In this document: positions 9,272-19,100 of the stretch, piece after piece
How positions within the stretch are numbered: position 1 is the stretch's first letter
How the letters are laid out: every line of letters starts with the position of its first letter
From: an uncultured Candidatus Saccharibacteria bacterium
GTDB taxonomy: Bacteria > Patescibacteriota > Minisyncoccia > Phycocordibacterales > DATGWK01
Reading direction: 5' to 3'
DNA: 64,000 nt
Assembly: GCA_964492195.1 (NCBI GenBank)
Contig: CAZBJL010000004.1
Coordinates: 3,621-67,620, forward strand
Position numbers and translations under genes: made by a program
The notes under the pieces: generated by a model
Seen by the model: the letters and a program-made list of their open reading frames with translations, nothing else
What the model was told of the DNA's origin: nothing
The model's database searches: none

Positions 9272-10055
9272 AAAACCAAAGAAAAATGTTTTGATAATTT
9301 CCATGAGTGTTGCACTGTTTGTGATCGCTCTTATTTTTGCACTGGAAATTTTTGCTGGTAAGCCTGTTGGGAAGTTTTCACTTGCTGTTGGTGGGCCGGT
9401 CGCTTCTGTATACACGGCAGTCGAACACAAACTTTCTTTTGTTGCTGCATTCTCGAGTTCAAAAGGCTCGCTCATCCGCGAAAATGATCGTCTCACGCAG
9501 GAACTCAACAACATGCAAGCTCAACTTTTGAGTTTTGAGAGTTTATATAAAGAACATCAAGAATTACTTTCTGCATATGGAAGGATGCCCGTGTTTAACC
9601 CTACCGTGCTGGGGAATGTTATCGCTAAGCCGCCGCAGTCTCCATACGACATTCTTGTCGTTGATGTGGGAAGTAAAGACGGTGTCGGCGTGGGCGCCCG
9701 CGTATATGGTCTCGGTGGCCAGCCGATCGGTCGGGTAAGTGAGAGTGCGAATGCAACTGCAAAACTTGTACTTTTTTCAAGTAATGGGGAACAGACGCAG
9801 GCTATCGTAGAACGCACGGGAGCTACGATTGTCATTGTTGGAACTGGCGGTGGAAATATGGAAGCAGAAGTTTCTCCGGATATTGATATTGTAAAAAATG
9901 ACAGAATAATTCTTCCGGAATTCAATGGTGCGATCGTGGCGCTTGTTGCAGAGATTGATTCACGAGAGACAAGTGCGTCAAAACGAGTGTTGTTTAATGC
10001 TCCAACAAATATTTTTAATCTCCGTTTCGTTGAGATCGAAAGACTTACAAAATAA
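9243..10055 (+). CDS. mreC: Rod shape-determining protein MreC
   Basis: N-terminal TM helix, coiled-coil (LTQELNNMQAQLLSFESL), C-terminal beta-rich domain. Position is between mreB and mreD/PBP2. Confidence 0.75.
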   Translation: MKMTYLQKSRKPKKNVLIISMSVALFVIALIFALEIFAGKPVGKFSLAVGGPVASVYTAVEHKLSFVAAFSSSKGSLIRENDRLTQELNNMQAQLLSFESLYKEHQELLSAYGRMPVFNPTVLGNVIAKPPQSPYDILVVDVGSKDGVGVGARVYGLGGQPIGRVSESANATAKLVLFSSNGEQTQAIVERTGATIVIVGTGGGNMEAEVSPDIDIVKNDRIILPEFNGAIVALVAEIDSRETSASKRVLFNAPTNIFNLRFVEIERLTK

Positions 10056-10057
10056 AA

Positions 10058-10324
10058 ATGAGCATTCTTTTTCGAATTGCAGCTGACATTGTAATATTCA
10101 TCTCGATTTTCACGACACCGTGGTGGTTTTCTGTACTTCTTATATGTATTGTTATTTTTTGGTTTGAGTTTTTCTACGAATCACTTCTGTTCAGTTTCTT
10201 TTTAGATGGTTTCCACGGCATTCCTGGAATGACATTTTTTGGCATCAATACTTTTTTTACGACGGTCATTGGTGTGGTATTTCTCGTCTCTATTTTCTTG
10301 AAAACGAGGCTTAAATTCTATTAG
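10058..10324 (+). CDS. Small polytopic membrane protein, MreD-like by position
   Basis: 88 aa, 2-3 TM helices. Sits between mreC and PBP2, where mreD normally lies. Shorter than canonical MreD. Confidence 0.4.
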   Translation: MSILFRIAADIVIFISIFTTPWWFSVLLICIVIFWFEFFYESLLFSFFLDGFHGIPGMTFFGINTFFTTVIGVVFLVSIFLKTRLKFY

Positions 10325-10348
10325 TCATAAGTAAGGTAGAATCAAGGC

Positions 10349-12037
10349 ATGTTACGAAAGATTTCTCTCTATTTTAGACGGCGAAGAAAGATGGGTGAAA
10401 TAAACCCGGATGAAATTTTTATTGATTCAAGCAACCTTCCAGAATTCGATGTGCATCAGTTCGAAGGCCGACTTGAACAACCCATTACACGAAGGGCGAT
10501 TGTTCTTGTTTCGTTTTGTTTTGTGCTCGTTGCTGGAGTTTTTCTTTCTCGATTCTGGCTTTTGCAGATTCACAAAGGTGAAGCCTATGCAAAACAGAGT
10601 GAAATGAATCGACTTCGTAACACTGATATTTTTGCAAATCGGGGAGTTATTCTCGATCGAAATGGAATCGAACTCGCATCGAATGCGCTGTTTGAGGGTA
10701 CGTCTGACTTTGCACGTCGTGTCTATGCACCAATTCACGGCATTGCACACTTGATCGGCTATGTGAAATATCCAACAAAAGACAGCTCTGGTTTTTATTT
10801 TAGAACAAATTATGTGGGCGAAGACGGGCTCGAAAAAATATACGACGGTGTGTTGTCAGGAGAAAATGGCGTTCGAATTGTCGAAACTGATGCGCTGGGT
10901 AAAGTGCAGTCGCAAAGTGTTATTCGTCCTCCTGAAGATGGTAAAAGCGTGACGCTTACCATCGATTCTCGGCTCCAAGACAAAATTTACCGACTCATGG
11001 CATCAACGTCAGCGGATTACGGCTTTAGCGGTGGAACGGTAGCGATCATGAATGTTCATACAGGTGATCTTTTGTCCCTCGTAAGTTTTCCTGAATTTGA
11101 TTCAACAAAGCTTACCGAAGGTGACAGAGAGGCGATCAATGGATACCAAAATGATCCGAAAACCCCTTTTTTGAATCGTGCAGTTTCAGGACTTTTTACT
11201 CCTGGTTCGATTATAAAACCCATCGTTGCAATTGGTGCGCTGAACGAAAGAATCATTGATCCACAAAAGAAAATTTTAAGTACCGGCTCGATTTCAATTG
11301 CGAATCCATATTTTCCTGATAAGCCAAGTGTTTTTAAAGACTGGAAAGCGCACGGCTGGGTAGACATGCGACATGCAATCGCCGCGTCTTCTGACGTGTA
11401 TTTTTATGCTGTCGGCGGCGGCTTCGAAGATCAGCGCGGTCTTGGTATCGTAAATATTGAAAAATACATCAGGATGTTTGGGTTGGGAGAAAAAACGGGG
11501 ATTAATTTGTCTCACGAAAAAGAAGGAATCATTCCAAATCCAGAATGGAAAGAAGAAATGTTCGACGGTGACGTCTGGAGGCTCGGGGATACGTACAATA
11601 CCTCGATCGGTCAATATGGACTCCAGTTCACACCAATCCAGATCGTTCGCTATCTTGCTGCGATTGCCAATGAAGGAACATTACTCACACCAAGTCTCGT
11701 CCATGACGACGAAAACCCAACAAAGACAATTCCACTCAAAAAGGAGGATTTCGACATTATCCATGAAGGCATGAGGTTGGCGGTGCTCGAAGGGACGGCA
11801 AGCGGTGTGAACGTGCCGTATATCGATATTGCCGGAAAGACGGGAACTGCACAGATCGGTACCATAAAGCAGCTTGTGAATTCCTGGTCAGTTGGGTTCT
11901 TCCCATACGAAAACCCGACATATGCGTATGTTGTGCTTATGGAAAAAGGCGCCCAAAGTAACACCATTGGCGCGACATACGTCATGCGTCAGCTTCTTGA
12001 TTGGATGCATGTGAATACACCAGAATATTTGCAATAA
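10349..12037 (+). CDS. mrdA: Penicillin-binding protein 2 (elongasome transpeptidase)
   Basis: N-terminal TM helix, PBP dimerisation domain, transpeptidase motifs (SxxK in ...TPGSIIKP..., SxN, KTGT in AGKTGTAQ). Follows mreBCD. Confidence 0.85.
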   Translation: MLRKISLYFRRRRKMGEINPDEIFIDSSNLPEFDVHQFEGRLEQPITRRAIVLVSFCFVLVAGVFLSRFWLLQIHKGEAYAKQSEMNRLRNTDIFANRGVILDRNGIELASNALFEGTSDFARRVYAPIHGIAHLIGYVKYPTKDSSGFYFRTNYVGEDGLEKIYDGVLSGENGVRIVETDALGKVQSQSVIRPPEDGKSVTLTIDSRLQDKIYRLMASTSADYGFSGGTVAIMNVHTGDLLSLVSFPEFDSTKLTEGDREAINGYQNDPKTPFLNRAVSGLFTPGSIIKPIVAIGALNERIIDPQKKILSTGSISIANPYFPDKPSVFKDWKAHGWVDMRHAIAASSDVYFYAVGGGFEDQRGLGIVNIEKYIRMFGLGEKTGINLSHEKEGIIPNPEWKEEMFDGDVWRLGDTYNTSIGQYGLQFTPIQIVRYLAAIANEGTLLTPSLVHDDENPTKTIPLKKEDFDIIHEGMRLAVLEGTASGVNVPYIDIAGKTGTAQIGTIKQLVNSWSVGFFPYENPTYAYVVLMEKGAQSNTIGATYVMRQLLDWMHVNTPEYLQ

Positions 12038-12088
12038 ATGCCAGTTGATTATCCGGCTAACTAGTGTAGAATTGTATTCTCAAATCCC

Positions 12089-12553
12089 ATGAACGAATCC
12101 GAATATTTAACACAAGAAAAACATAACGAGCTTACAAAAGAGCTTGCTGTTCTTGTTCACACAAAACGCAAAGAAATCGCAGAACACCTCGAATACGCAA
12201 AGTCCTTAGGTGATCTTTCCGAAAATGCTGAATATCACGAAGCTCGCGACGCCCAGGCAAATATCGAGGATCGTATTGCAAAGATCGAAATGATCCTCAA
12301 ATCAGCTGTCATTATGCCTTCTACTCATGACACAAGCGTTATCACGATCGGTTCAGTTGTTACGGTTCAAAAGGAGGGTGGTGAATCCAAAACGTACACT
12401 CTCGTTGGTTCAGAGGAATCTGACATGAAAGCAGGTAAACTTTCTATCAAATCTCCACTTGGTCTCAAGCTTGTTGGTAAAAAGAGTAAAGATTCCTTCA
12501 CGGTGCATGCTCCGAGCGGAGTTATTAACTATAAAGTTCTCGATATCAAATAG
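12089..12553 (+). CDS. greA: Transcription elongation factor GreA
   Basis: 154 aa; N-terminal coiled-coil with acidic tip, C-terminal FKBP-like domain; full-length GreA similarity. Confidence 0.95.
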   Translation: MNESEYLTQEKHNELTKELAVLVHTKRKEIAEHLEYAKSLGDLSENAEYHEARDAQANIEDRIAKIEMILKSAVIMPSTHDTSVITIGSVVTVQKEGGESKTYTLVGSEESDMKAGKLSIKSPLGLKLVGKKSKDSFTVHAPSGVINYKVLDIK

Positions 12554-12561
12554 AGACTCAT

Positions 12562-14034
12562 ATGTCATCAATTGACGATATTCGACAGGGACGGTTGGCT
12601 AAACTCAAACTGTTGAGTGAAAAGGGTATTGAAGCATTTCCTGTTGTTTCAAATCAGGATTTTACGAATGCAGAAGCGGCTGAAAATTTCGCTACCCTTG
12701 TAACAGCCCAAAAGCCCGCAACGCTCGTTGGTCGGGTGCTTTCTCTTCGTCCGCAGGGTGCGATTGTCTTTTTTACGTTTGATGACGGTACAGGAAGCTT
12801 TCAAGGTTTTATAAAAAAGGATGAAGGAATGGCTGCAGCGGATTTTGATTTGTGGAGCGATGTTGTCGACGTGGGTGATTTTGTAGAAGTAACGGGTACG
12901 TTTTTTGAAACAAAAAGAGGGGAGAAGACTCTCAATGTTTCTACCTGGAAAATGCTTTCAAAAAGCTTGCGCCCCTTGCCAGAAAAGTGGCACGGTCTCC
13001 AGGATGTTGAAGAACGATTCCGTAAACGCTATTTGGACGTTATTTCTTCTTCTGAAGTTAAAAATCGTTTTATTGTTCGATCAAAATTAATTTCTGAAAT
13101 CAGAAAGTTTTTGGATAAAGAAAATTTCCTCGAAGTTGAAACGCCTGTCCTTCAAGCAATCGCCGGCGGTGCAAGTGCGCTACCTTTCGTAACACATCAC
13201 AATGCACTCGACATCGATATGTATCTGCGCATTGCGCCAGAATTATATTTGAAGGAACTCCTCGTTGCTGGTTTTCCAAAGGTCTACGAAATCGGAAGAC
13301 AGTTTAGAAATGAAGGAATTGATGTGACCCATAATCCAGAATTCACAACGGTTGAGTTTTACGAAAGTTATGCAGAAGCAAAAAAGCATCGCGTTTTTGT
13401 AGAAAAATTATTGCGCTCTGTTGTTAAAAAAGTTATGGGTGCAGAAGTTGTTACGTTCGACGGCAATCAGATCGATTTCTCTAAAAAATTCCAAGTCATT
13501 ACGTTTTACGAATTGCTTACACGCTTTGCTCTTATTCCAAATCCAGAAAATATTTCTTTTGAAGAATTGAAACTTAAAGCCGAACAACTTGGAGTAAGAG
13601 TTGAGAAAGGGGATTTGACTCACAAAATTTTAGACAACATTTACAAAAAAACCTGTCGTCCAAAATTAATTCAGCCAACATTTATTATTGATTACCCGAC
13701 AATCTTTTCTCCACTCGCAAAACACAAACAGGGTACGAAAGAATATATTGACCGCTTCCAACTTATTATCGGTGGCTATGAACTCCTTAGTGCATTTTCA
13801 GAGTTGAATGACCCTCTCGAACAACGCGGACGTTTTGAGCTTCAGGAAAAAAACCGCACCGAAGGTGACGCAGAAGCTCAACTTCTCGACGAAGAATATG
13901 TTGAAGCGATGGAATATGGCATGCCTCCAGCAGGTGGCGTTGGTATGAGTATTGATCGACTTTGCATGGTGTTAACTGACACAAAAAATATTCGCGAAGT
14001 TATTTTATTTCCAACACTTCGTCCACGAAAATAA
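12562..14034 (+). CDS. lysS: Lysyl-tRNA synthetase (class II)
   Basis: OB-fold N-terminus, class II motifs (FRNEGIDVTHNPEFTTVEFY; GGVGMSIDRL). Confidence 0.95.
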   Translation: MSSIDDIRQGRLAKLKLLSEKGIEAFPVVSNQDFTNAEAAENFATLVTAQKPATLVGRVLSLRPQGAIVFFTFDDGTGSFQGFIKKDEGMAAADFDLWSDVVDVGDFVEVTGTFFETKRGEKTLNVSTWKMLSKSLRPLPEKWHGLQDVEERFRKRYLDVISSSEVKNRFIVRSKLISEIRKFLDKENFLEVETPVLQAIAGGASALPFVTHHNALDIDMYLRIAPELYLKELLVAGFPKVYEIGRQFRNEGIDVTHNPEFTTVEFYESYAEAKKHRVFVEKLLRSVVKKVMGAEVVTFDGNQIDFSKKFQVITFYELLTRFALIPNPENISFEELKLKAEQLGVRVEKGDLTHKILDNIYKKTCRPKLIQPTFIIDYPTIFSPLAKHKQGTKEYIDRFQLIIGGYELLSAFSELNDPLEQRGRFELQEKNRTEGDAEAQLLDEEYVEAMEYGMPPAGGVGMSIDRLCMVLTDTKNIREVILFPTLRPRK

Positions 14035-14082
14035 TATAAGAGCCTGAAACGTTTTATTTTAAAAACGTTTGATGCTTTCGCA

Positions 14083-14115
14083 AAAAGAGCCTTATTGTTG
14101 GCTCTTTTTTTGTTG
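14083..14115 (+). terminator. Rho-independent terminator after lysS
   Basis: aaagagcc / ttattgtt / ggctcttt followed by a T-run (tttttttgttgttttt). Confidence 0.6.
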
Positions 14116-14152
14116 TTTTTATTTTTAAAATATGGGGATAAGAATGTATGAT

Positions 14153-14199
14153 AGTGGTAATGGGTGTTATATACTGTTATCTAAGTGGGAACAAGTGGT
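14153..14199 (+). promoter_or_regulatory. Candidate MraZ operator repeats (GTGG(G) direct repeats, about 10-bp phased) in the mraZ promoter region
   Basis: taGTGGtaaTGGGTGtt...ctaaGTGGGaacaaGTGGtaa. The repeats at 14185 and 14195 are exactly 10 bp apart and lie 20-30 nt upstream of the mraZ ATG. Confidence 0.3.
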
Positions 14200-14216
14200 A
14201 ATTCTAAATTGAACTA

Positions 14217-14651
14217 ATGTTAATCGGAGAGTACACGCATACTATTGATGAAAAGAATCGTGTCTCTCTTCCAGTTAAGTTTCGTAAGGAAGTTGGTAAA
14301 AAAGTTGTCATCACACACGGTCTCGACAACTGTATCTTTCTTTACGCGATGAATGAATGGATGCAGGTCGCAGATAAATTAGGAGGTTTGGGAATTGGCC
14401 AATCTGATACGCGAGGCTTTAATCGTTTTATGCTCGCAGGTGCAGTTGAAGTTGAAGTTGATTCTATCGGTCGAATTTTGATCCCAGATTTTCTCAAGAA
14501 GTTTGCGGACCTTGCGGAAAAAGTAATTTTCACGGGCGTCCATAACAGAGTAGAAATTTGGAACAGCGATCGTTGGAATGAATACAAGAAGAAGATTGAG
14601 AAGCAGGCCGACAAGCTTGCAGAAAAGTTGGGAGAAATTGGTGCTCTGTAA
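14217..14651 (+). CDS. mraZ: Transcriptional regulator MraZ
   Basis: 144 aa, duplicated MraZ/SpoVT-AbrB-like halves (…DEKNRVSLPVKFR… and …DSIGRILIPDFL…). Confidence 0.9.
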   Translation: MLIGEYTHTIDEKNRVSLPVKFRKEVGKKVVITHGLDNCIFLYAMNEWMQVADKLGGLGIGQSDTRGFNRFMLAGAVEVEVDSIGRILIPDFLKKFADLAEKVIFTGVHNRVEIWNSDRWNEYKKKIEKQADKLAEKLGEIGAL

Positions 14652-14661
14652 TATCTAGGTC

Positions 14662-15552
14662 ATGTCTCACACAAGCGTCCTTTTACATGAATCAATTGAC
14701 GGTCTCGACATCCATGATGGTGATGTGTTTGTTGATGGAACGTTGGGTGACGGTGGACACACTGCCGAAGCACTTGCACGTTTCAAAAATAAAATCACAG
14801 TCGTTGGAATTGATCGAGATCAGGAATCAATTGATCGAGTCAGTAAAAAACTTGAGAACGAGTCAGATAAAATTTTCTTGAAACAGGGAAATTTTCGAAA
14901 CGTTGATTCGATCCTTGCGTCTCTCGGTTTTCAAAACGCTCACAGATTTCTTTTTGATATCGGCATGAGCTCACGACAAATCGAAGAGTCGGGTAGGGGA
15001 TTCAGTTTTAAAAAAGATGAACCGCTCGTGATGACTTTTGAAAAAGACCAAACTGGTTTGATCACTGCTCGCGATGTCGTCAATGAATGGGAAGAAGAAA
15101 ATCTAACCCAAATCATTCGAGGCTTCGGTGAAGAACGGTTTGCTTCGCGAATTGCGCGAGGAATCGTTGAAGCGAGAAAAAGCAAACCAATCGACACAAC
15201 GGGGGATTTGGTGGAGATCATCATGAAGTTCACACCGTTTTATTACCACCACGGAAAGATCCACCCCGCCACTCGAACGTTCCAGGCGATACGAATCGCA
15301 GTGAACGACGAGCTCGAAGCGATCAGAGACGGACTTAAGGCAGCATGGAAGGTTCTCTCGCCCAAGGGTCGGATCGCGGTGATCTCCTTCCATAGTCTCG
15401 AGGATCGCATCGTCAAACACTATTTTAATGAATTAAAAAACGCAGAACTTGCAACGGCCATCACAAAGAAACCTCTTACCGCAAGCGAAGCCGAAATTGA
15501 ATCGAATCCAAGGTCACGAAGTGCAAAATTAAGAATTATTGAAAAAAAATAA
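14662..15552 (+). CDS. rsmH: 16S rRNA (cytosine1402-N4)-methyltransferase RsmH/MraW
   Basis: SAM-binding motifs (VDGTLGDGGH; FDIGMSS). Second gene of the cell-division/cell-wall cluster. Confidence 0.9.
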   Translation: MSHTSVLLHESIDGLDIHDGDVFVDGTLGDGGHTAEALARFKNKITVVGIDRDQESIDRVSKKLENESDKIFLKQGNFRNVDSILASLGFQNAHRFLFDIGMSSRQIEESGRGFSFKKDEPLVMTFEKDQTGLITARDVVNEWEEENLTQIIRGFGEERFASRIARGIVEARKSKPIDTTGDLVEIIMKFTPFYYHHGKIHPATRTFQAIRIAVNDELEAIRDGLKAAWKVLSPKGRIAVISFHSLEDRIVKHYFNELKNAELATAITKKPLTASEAEIESNPRSRSAKLRIIEKK

Positions 15553-15877
15553 CATGTCTATCAGATCAAAAGTAAGTGCTCACATAACTGGAAGCGGCGT
15601 ATTTTGGCCTCTCGTTGGTCTTATCGTCTTTGTTGCAGTGTTCTACATCTATTCCGTCAACAAAACGGTTATTTTGGTGGCGCAGCGAAATCACATCGAA
15701 TCAAACATCTCTGACGTTCGGGCACAGATCACAAATCTTGAATCTTCTCGTATCGGTGCAATGGATGACATTACCCTTGAACTCGCACAGTCTATGGGCT
15801 ACGAAGAGGCAACACACGTTGTGTACATTCCTCAAAAAGCAGTGAGCGTTTTGAGCAAAGCTGATACAATTCAATAG
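15539..15877 (+). CDS. ftsL: FtsL-like cell-division protein (small bitopic membrane protein with coiled-coil)
   Basis: 112 aa, single TM (VFWPLVGLIVFVAVFYIY), coiled-coil after it. Position is between rsmH and ftsI. Confidence 0.5.
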   Translation: MKKNNMSIRSKVSAHITGSGVFWPLVGLIVFVAVFYIYSVNKTVILVAQRNHIESNISDVRAQITNLESSRIGAMDDITLELAQSMGYEEATHVVYIPQKAVSVLSKADTIQ

Positions 15878-15880
15878 ATA

Positions 15881-17593
15881 ATGTCTCGGTCGCAGGTTAT
15901 GAGAGGAAGAGTCAGATTGGCTTTCATTTTGATTGCGTGTATTGCACTTGTGATTATCTATCGTTTGTACAATATTCAGATAGTCTCTGGTGAAAAATTC
16001 ACAATCAAGGCAGATCGACAATATTTAACTCCAAATTCGTCGCTTCTCAATAGAGGTACGATTTATTTTACGTCTAAAGACGGTGACAGGGTGACCGGTG
16101 CGTATCAGCAAACAGGCAACATTGTCGTTATTAATCCGCGTATCATTACTGATCCCAACGCTATTTACGAAAGGATCAATGCATCAGTGCCTATCAATAA
16201 AGATGATTTTTTAAAAAAAGCAGAAAAGAAAACTGATTCTTACGAAGAGATTACTAAAAAGGTGGATTTAGATATTGGTACGAAAATCTCTACTCCCGCA
16301 ATCGAGGGTTTGCAGGTGTTTAAACAAAAGTGGCGATCGTATCCGTCGGGCAAACTTGCGTCAAGCGTTCTTGGACTTATGGCATACAAAGGCGACGTAC
16401 TCGAAGGTCAGTATGGGCTTGAGTATCAATATGAAAAAACCCTTCGTCGGGAAAATGAATCCTCGTACGCGAACTTTTTTGTAGAAATGTTTTCTAATCT
16501 TAAAAGTACATTTTCTGATAGTGAAAAATCAGAAGGCGACATTGTGACAACGATTGAGCCAAGCGTCGAAGCCTACCTTGAGCGTGTACTCGAAAAAGTG
16601 AATGAAAAATGGAGTTCGGATTATACTGGCGGCATCATTATGAATCCAGCAACGGGGGAAATTCTAGCAATGGGTTTGGCGCCATCTTTTGATCCAAACA
16701 ATTTTAGTGCAGAAAATGATCCAAAGATTTTTTCCAATAGACTTGTGGAAGATGTATACGAAATGGGTTCGATCATAAAGCCGCTTACAATGGCTTCGGG
16801 TATTGATACGGGAATTATTACTGCAAAAACAACATACAACGATGCAGGATTTCTTGTTTTGAACAATAAAAAGATTTCAAATTATGACGGTAAGGGTCGC
16901 GGAGTTGTCGATATGCAGCAAGTGTTAAGTCAGTCGCTCAATACAGGTGTCGCATTCATCGTCCAAAAAATTGGCAAGGATGTGTCGTCAAAGTATTTAC
17001 GAAGCTTTGGGATTGATAAAAAAACAGGAATTGATTTGCCTTTCGAAGCGGCACCGCTCGTATCTAATTTGAATAGTCCGCGCGACATTGAACACGCTAC
17101 TGCGTCGTATGGTCAGGGAATTGCCATGACACCGATTAATACCGTTCGAGCGCTTTCTGTGCTCGCAAATGGCGGCAAGCTCATCTGGCCGCATGTTGTT
17201 TCGAGAATTGATTACACGTCTGGATTTTCAAAGAAAACGGAACTGCCTGCGCCCGAACAAGTCCTTAAACCCGAAACGGCAACAGAAGTCACGCGAATGC
17301 TTGTGAGAGTTGTCGATGAGGCACTTCTCGGTGGTACGGTCAAAATGGATCGCTACAGCATTGCGGCGAAAACTGGTACTGCCCAGATTTCTGACACAAA
17401 AAAAGGCTACTATGAAGATCGCTACCTCCATTCTTTCTTTGGCTATTTCCCTGCATACAATCCAAAATTTATCATTTTCCTTTACACGTATTATCCAAAA
17501 GAGGTTAAGTACGCGTCAGAAACGCTCACACTTTCATTTATGGATATGACCAAATATCTGATAAATTATTATGATATCCCACCGGACAGATAG
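15881..17593 (+). CDS. ftsI: Penicillin-binding protein (FtsI/PBP3-like division transpeptidase)
   Basis: N-terminal TM helix, PBP dimerisation domain, transpeptidase SxxK (GSIIKP), SxN, KTGT (AAKTGTAQ). Position is after ftsL. Confidence 0.8.
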   Translation: MSRSQVMRGRVRLAFILIACIALVIIYRLYNIQIVSGEKFTIKADRQYLTPNSSLLNRGTIYFTSKDGDRVTGAYQQTGNIVVINPRIITDPNAIYERINASVPINKDDFLKKAEKKTDSYEEITKKVDLDIGTKISTPAIEGLQVFKQKWRSYPSGKLASSVLGLMAYKGDVLEGQYGLEYQYEKTLRRENESSYANFFVEMFSNLKSTFSDSEKSEGDIVTTIEPSVEAYLERVLEKVNEKWSSDYTGGIIMNPATGEILAMGLAPSFDPNNFSAENDPKIFSNRLVEDVYEMGSIIKPLTMASGIDTGIITAKTTYNDAGFLVLNNKKISNYDGKGRGVVDMQQVLSQSLNTGVAFIVQKIGKDVSSKYLRSFGIDKKTGIDLPFEAAPLVSNLNSPRDIEHATASYGQGIAMTPINTVRALSVLANGGKLIWPHVVSRIDYTSGFSKKTELPAPEQVLKPETATEVTRMLVRVVDEALLGGTVKMDRYSIAAKTGTAQISDTKKGYYEDRYLHSFFGYFPAYNPKFIIFLYTYYPKEVKYASETLTLSFMDMTKYLINYYDIPPDR

Positions 17594-17621
17594 TGAGGTA
17601 TTATTGTGACAGCAGACCTGT

Positions 17622-18917
17622 ATGAAACAGATTTTTAAAAAAGTAATCGTTACACTTTTACTCGTTGAGGCAAAGTTGGTGCTCAAAAAATATAAGCCAA
17701 AAATTGTCGCTATTACTGGTAGTGTCGGTAAGACAACGACTAAAGACGCTATCTATAGTGTTCTTTCAACGTCGTTTTTCGTACGAAAGAGCAGTAAGAG
17801 TTTTAATAGTGAAATTGGTGTACCCCTCACGATTCTCGGCCAGCCAAATGCCTGGAATGACCCATATTTATGGTTTAAGAACTTTATTGATGGAATTAAT
17901 CTCATTATTTTTCCTCACAAGTATCCAGAATGGCTTGTGCTTGAAGTTGGTGCGGATAGGCCAGGGGATATTCGTTCTGTCGCACGATGGCTCAATGCTG
18001 ACGTAGCGGTGATAACTCGGTTGAGTGATGTGCCGGTGCATATTGAATTTTTTGATTCTGCAGAGCAAGTGCGGCATGAAAAATCTCAACTAGTCATTGC
18101 GTCCCATAAAGCAAGTACTGTCGTTTTGAACGCGGACGATGTCCTCGTGTCTTCGATGCGACCGCTCGCAAAAGGCAAAGTTCTTACGTACGGCACAGCG
18201 AAACATACCGATGTGTCAGGTTCTGATTTTGATTTTGTGTATGACCATGTAACGTCTTTCCCGACCGGCATTCATTTCAACGTGCATGTCTCTGGAGATG
18301 TTTTTCCTGTAGTAATTGAAGGAGCGATTGGCCGACAGCAAATGTATACCGCACTTGCAGCACTCGCGGTTGCCAAGTCTTTAAAAATCGATATGCAAAA
18401 AGCTGTGCAGTCTTTGCACACACATGTTGCGCCTCCTGGCCGCATGAAAATTATTGCAGGTATGAATTCCACCTGCATTATCGACGATACGTACAATTCT
18501 TCTCCAGTTGCGGTTTCAGAGGCTCTCGATACGTTAAAAGAAATTAAGGCTTCAGGAAGAAAAATTGTGGTACTTGGAGACATGCTCGAACTTGGCTCTC
18601 ATTCAAAAAAAGAACACGAAAAGGTGGGGGTAAAATCGGCACAGATTGCAGATGTGATCTATACCGTCGGCACCCGTTCGAGAAATACATTTGATGCTGC
18701 GATCGCAGCAGGTTTTCCAAAAGAGAATATTTTTGAATTCGATGATTCAGTTGAAGCAGGGACAAGATTGCGTGAAGACAGTAAACCAGGTGACATTGTC
18801 TTGATTAAGGGTTCGCAAGGCAAACGAATGGAAAAGGCGACTGCAATGCTTCTTGCGGAACCTGAAAGAGCAAAAGAGCTTTTGGTTCGACAGGAAAAAG
18901 AGTGGGAGGAAAGGTAG
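17622..18917 (+). CDS. murF: UDP-N-acetylmuramoyl-tripeptide--D-alanyl-D-alanine ligase (Mur ligase family)
   Basis: P-loop ITGSVGKTTTKD and ...NSEIGVPLT..., typical of MurF. Mur ligase middle and C-terminal domains present. Confidence 0.75.
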   Translation: MKQIFKKVIVTLLLVEAKLVLKKYKPKIVAITGSVGKTTTKDAIYSVLSTSFFVRKSSKSFNSEIGVPLTILGQPNAWNDPYLWFKNFIDGINLIIFPHKYPEWLVLEVGADRPGDIRSVARWLNADVAVITRLSDVPVHIEFFDSAEQVRHEKSQLVIASHKASTVVLNADDVLVSSMRPLAKGKVLTYGTAKHTDVSGSDFDFVYDHVTSFPTGIHFNVHVSGDVFPVVIEGAIGRQQMYTALAALAVAKSLKIDMQKAVQSLHTHVAPPGRMKIIAGMNSTCIIDDTYNSSPVAVSEALDTLKEIKASGRKIVVLGDMLELGSHSKKEHEKVGVKSAQIADVIYTVGTRSRNTFDAAIAAGFPKENIFEFDDSVEAGTRLREDSKPGDIVLIKGSQGKRMEKATAMLLAEPERAKELLVRQEKEWEER

Positions 18918-18986
18918 AAACGTGAGCCCCTTGAAGATTTGTAAATGAGTGAATTTCGTTGTAAGTTACGTGGGATAGTTTGTAAT

Positions 18987-19058
18987 GGCCCTATCGTCTA
19001 ATGGTTAGGACGGAAGCTTCTCAAGCTTCAAATCCGGGTTCGATTCCCGGTAGGGTCA
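18987..19058 (+). tRNA. tRNA-Glu (anticodon CUC)
   Basis: Cloverleaf by hand: acceptor GGCCCTA/TAGGGTC, D-arm GTCT..GGAC, anticodon stem GAAGC/GCTTC with loop TTCTCAA (anticodon CTC), T-arm CCGGG-TTCGATT-CCCGG, discriminator A. No encoded CCA. Confidence 0.85.
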
Positions 19059-19065
19059 TAAATAA

Positions 19066-19095
19066 TAAAAAAGAAGCGGACGTATCCGCTTCTTG
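19066..19095. terminator. Hairpin terminator between tRNA-Glu (+) and a convergent minus-strand gene
   Basis: aagaagcgg / acgtat / ccgcttctt: 9-bp stem. On the minus strand it is followed by a T-run (tttttattattta), so it probably terminates the 19101..19412 gene. The + side T-tract is weak. Confidence 0.5.
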
Positions 19096-19100
19096 ATTGG

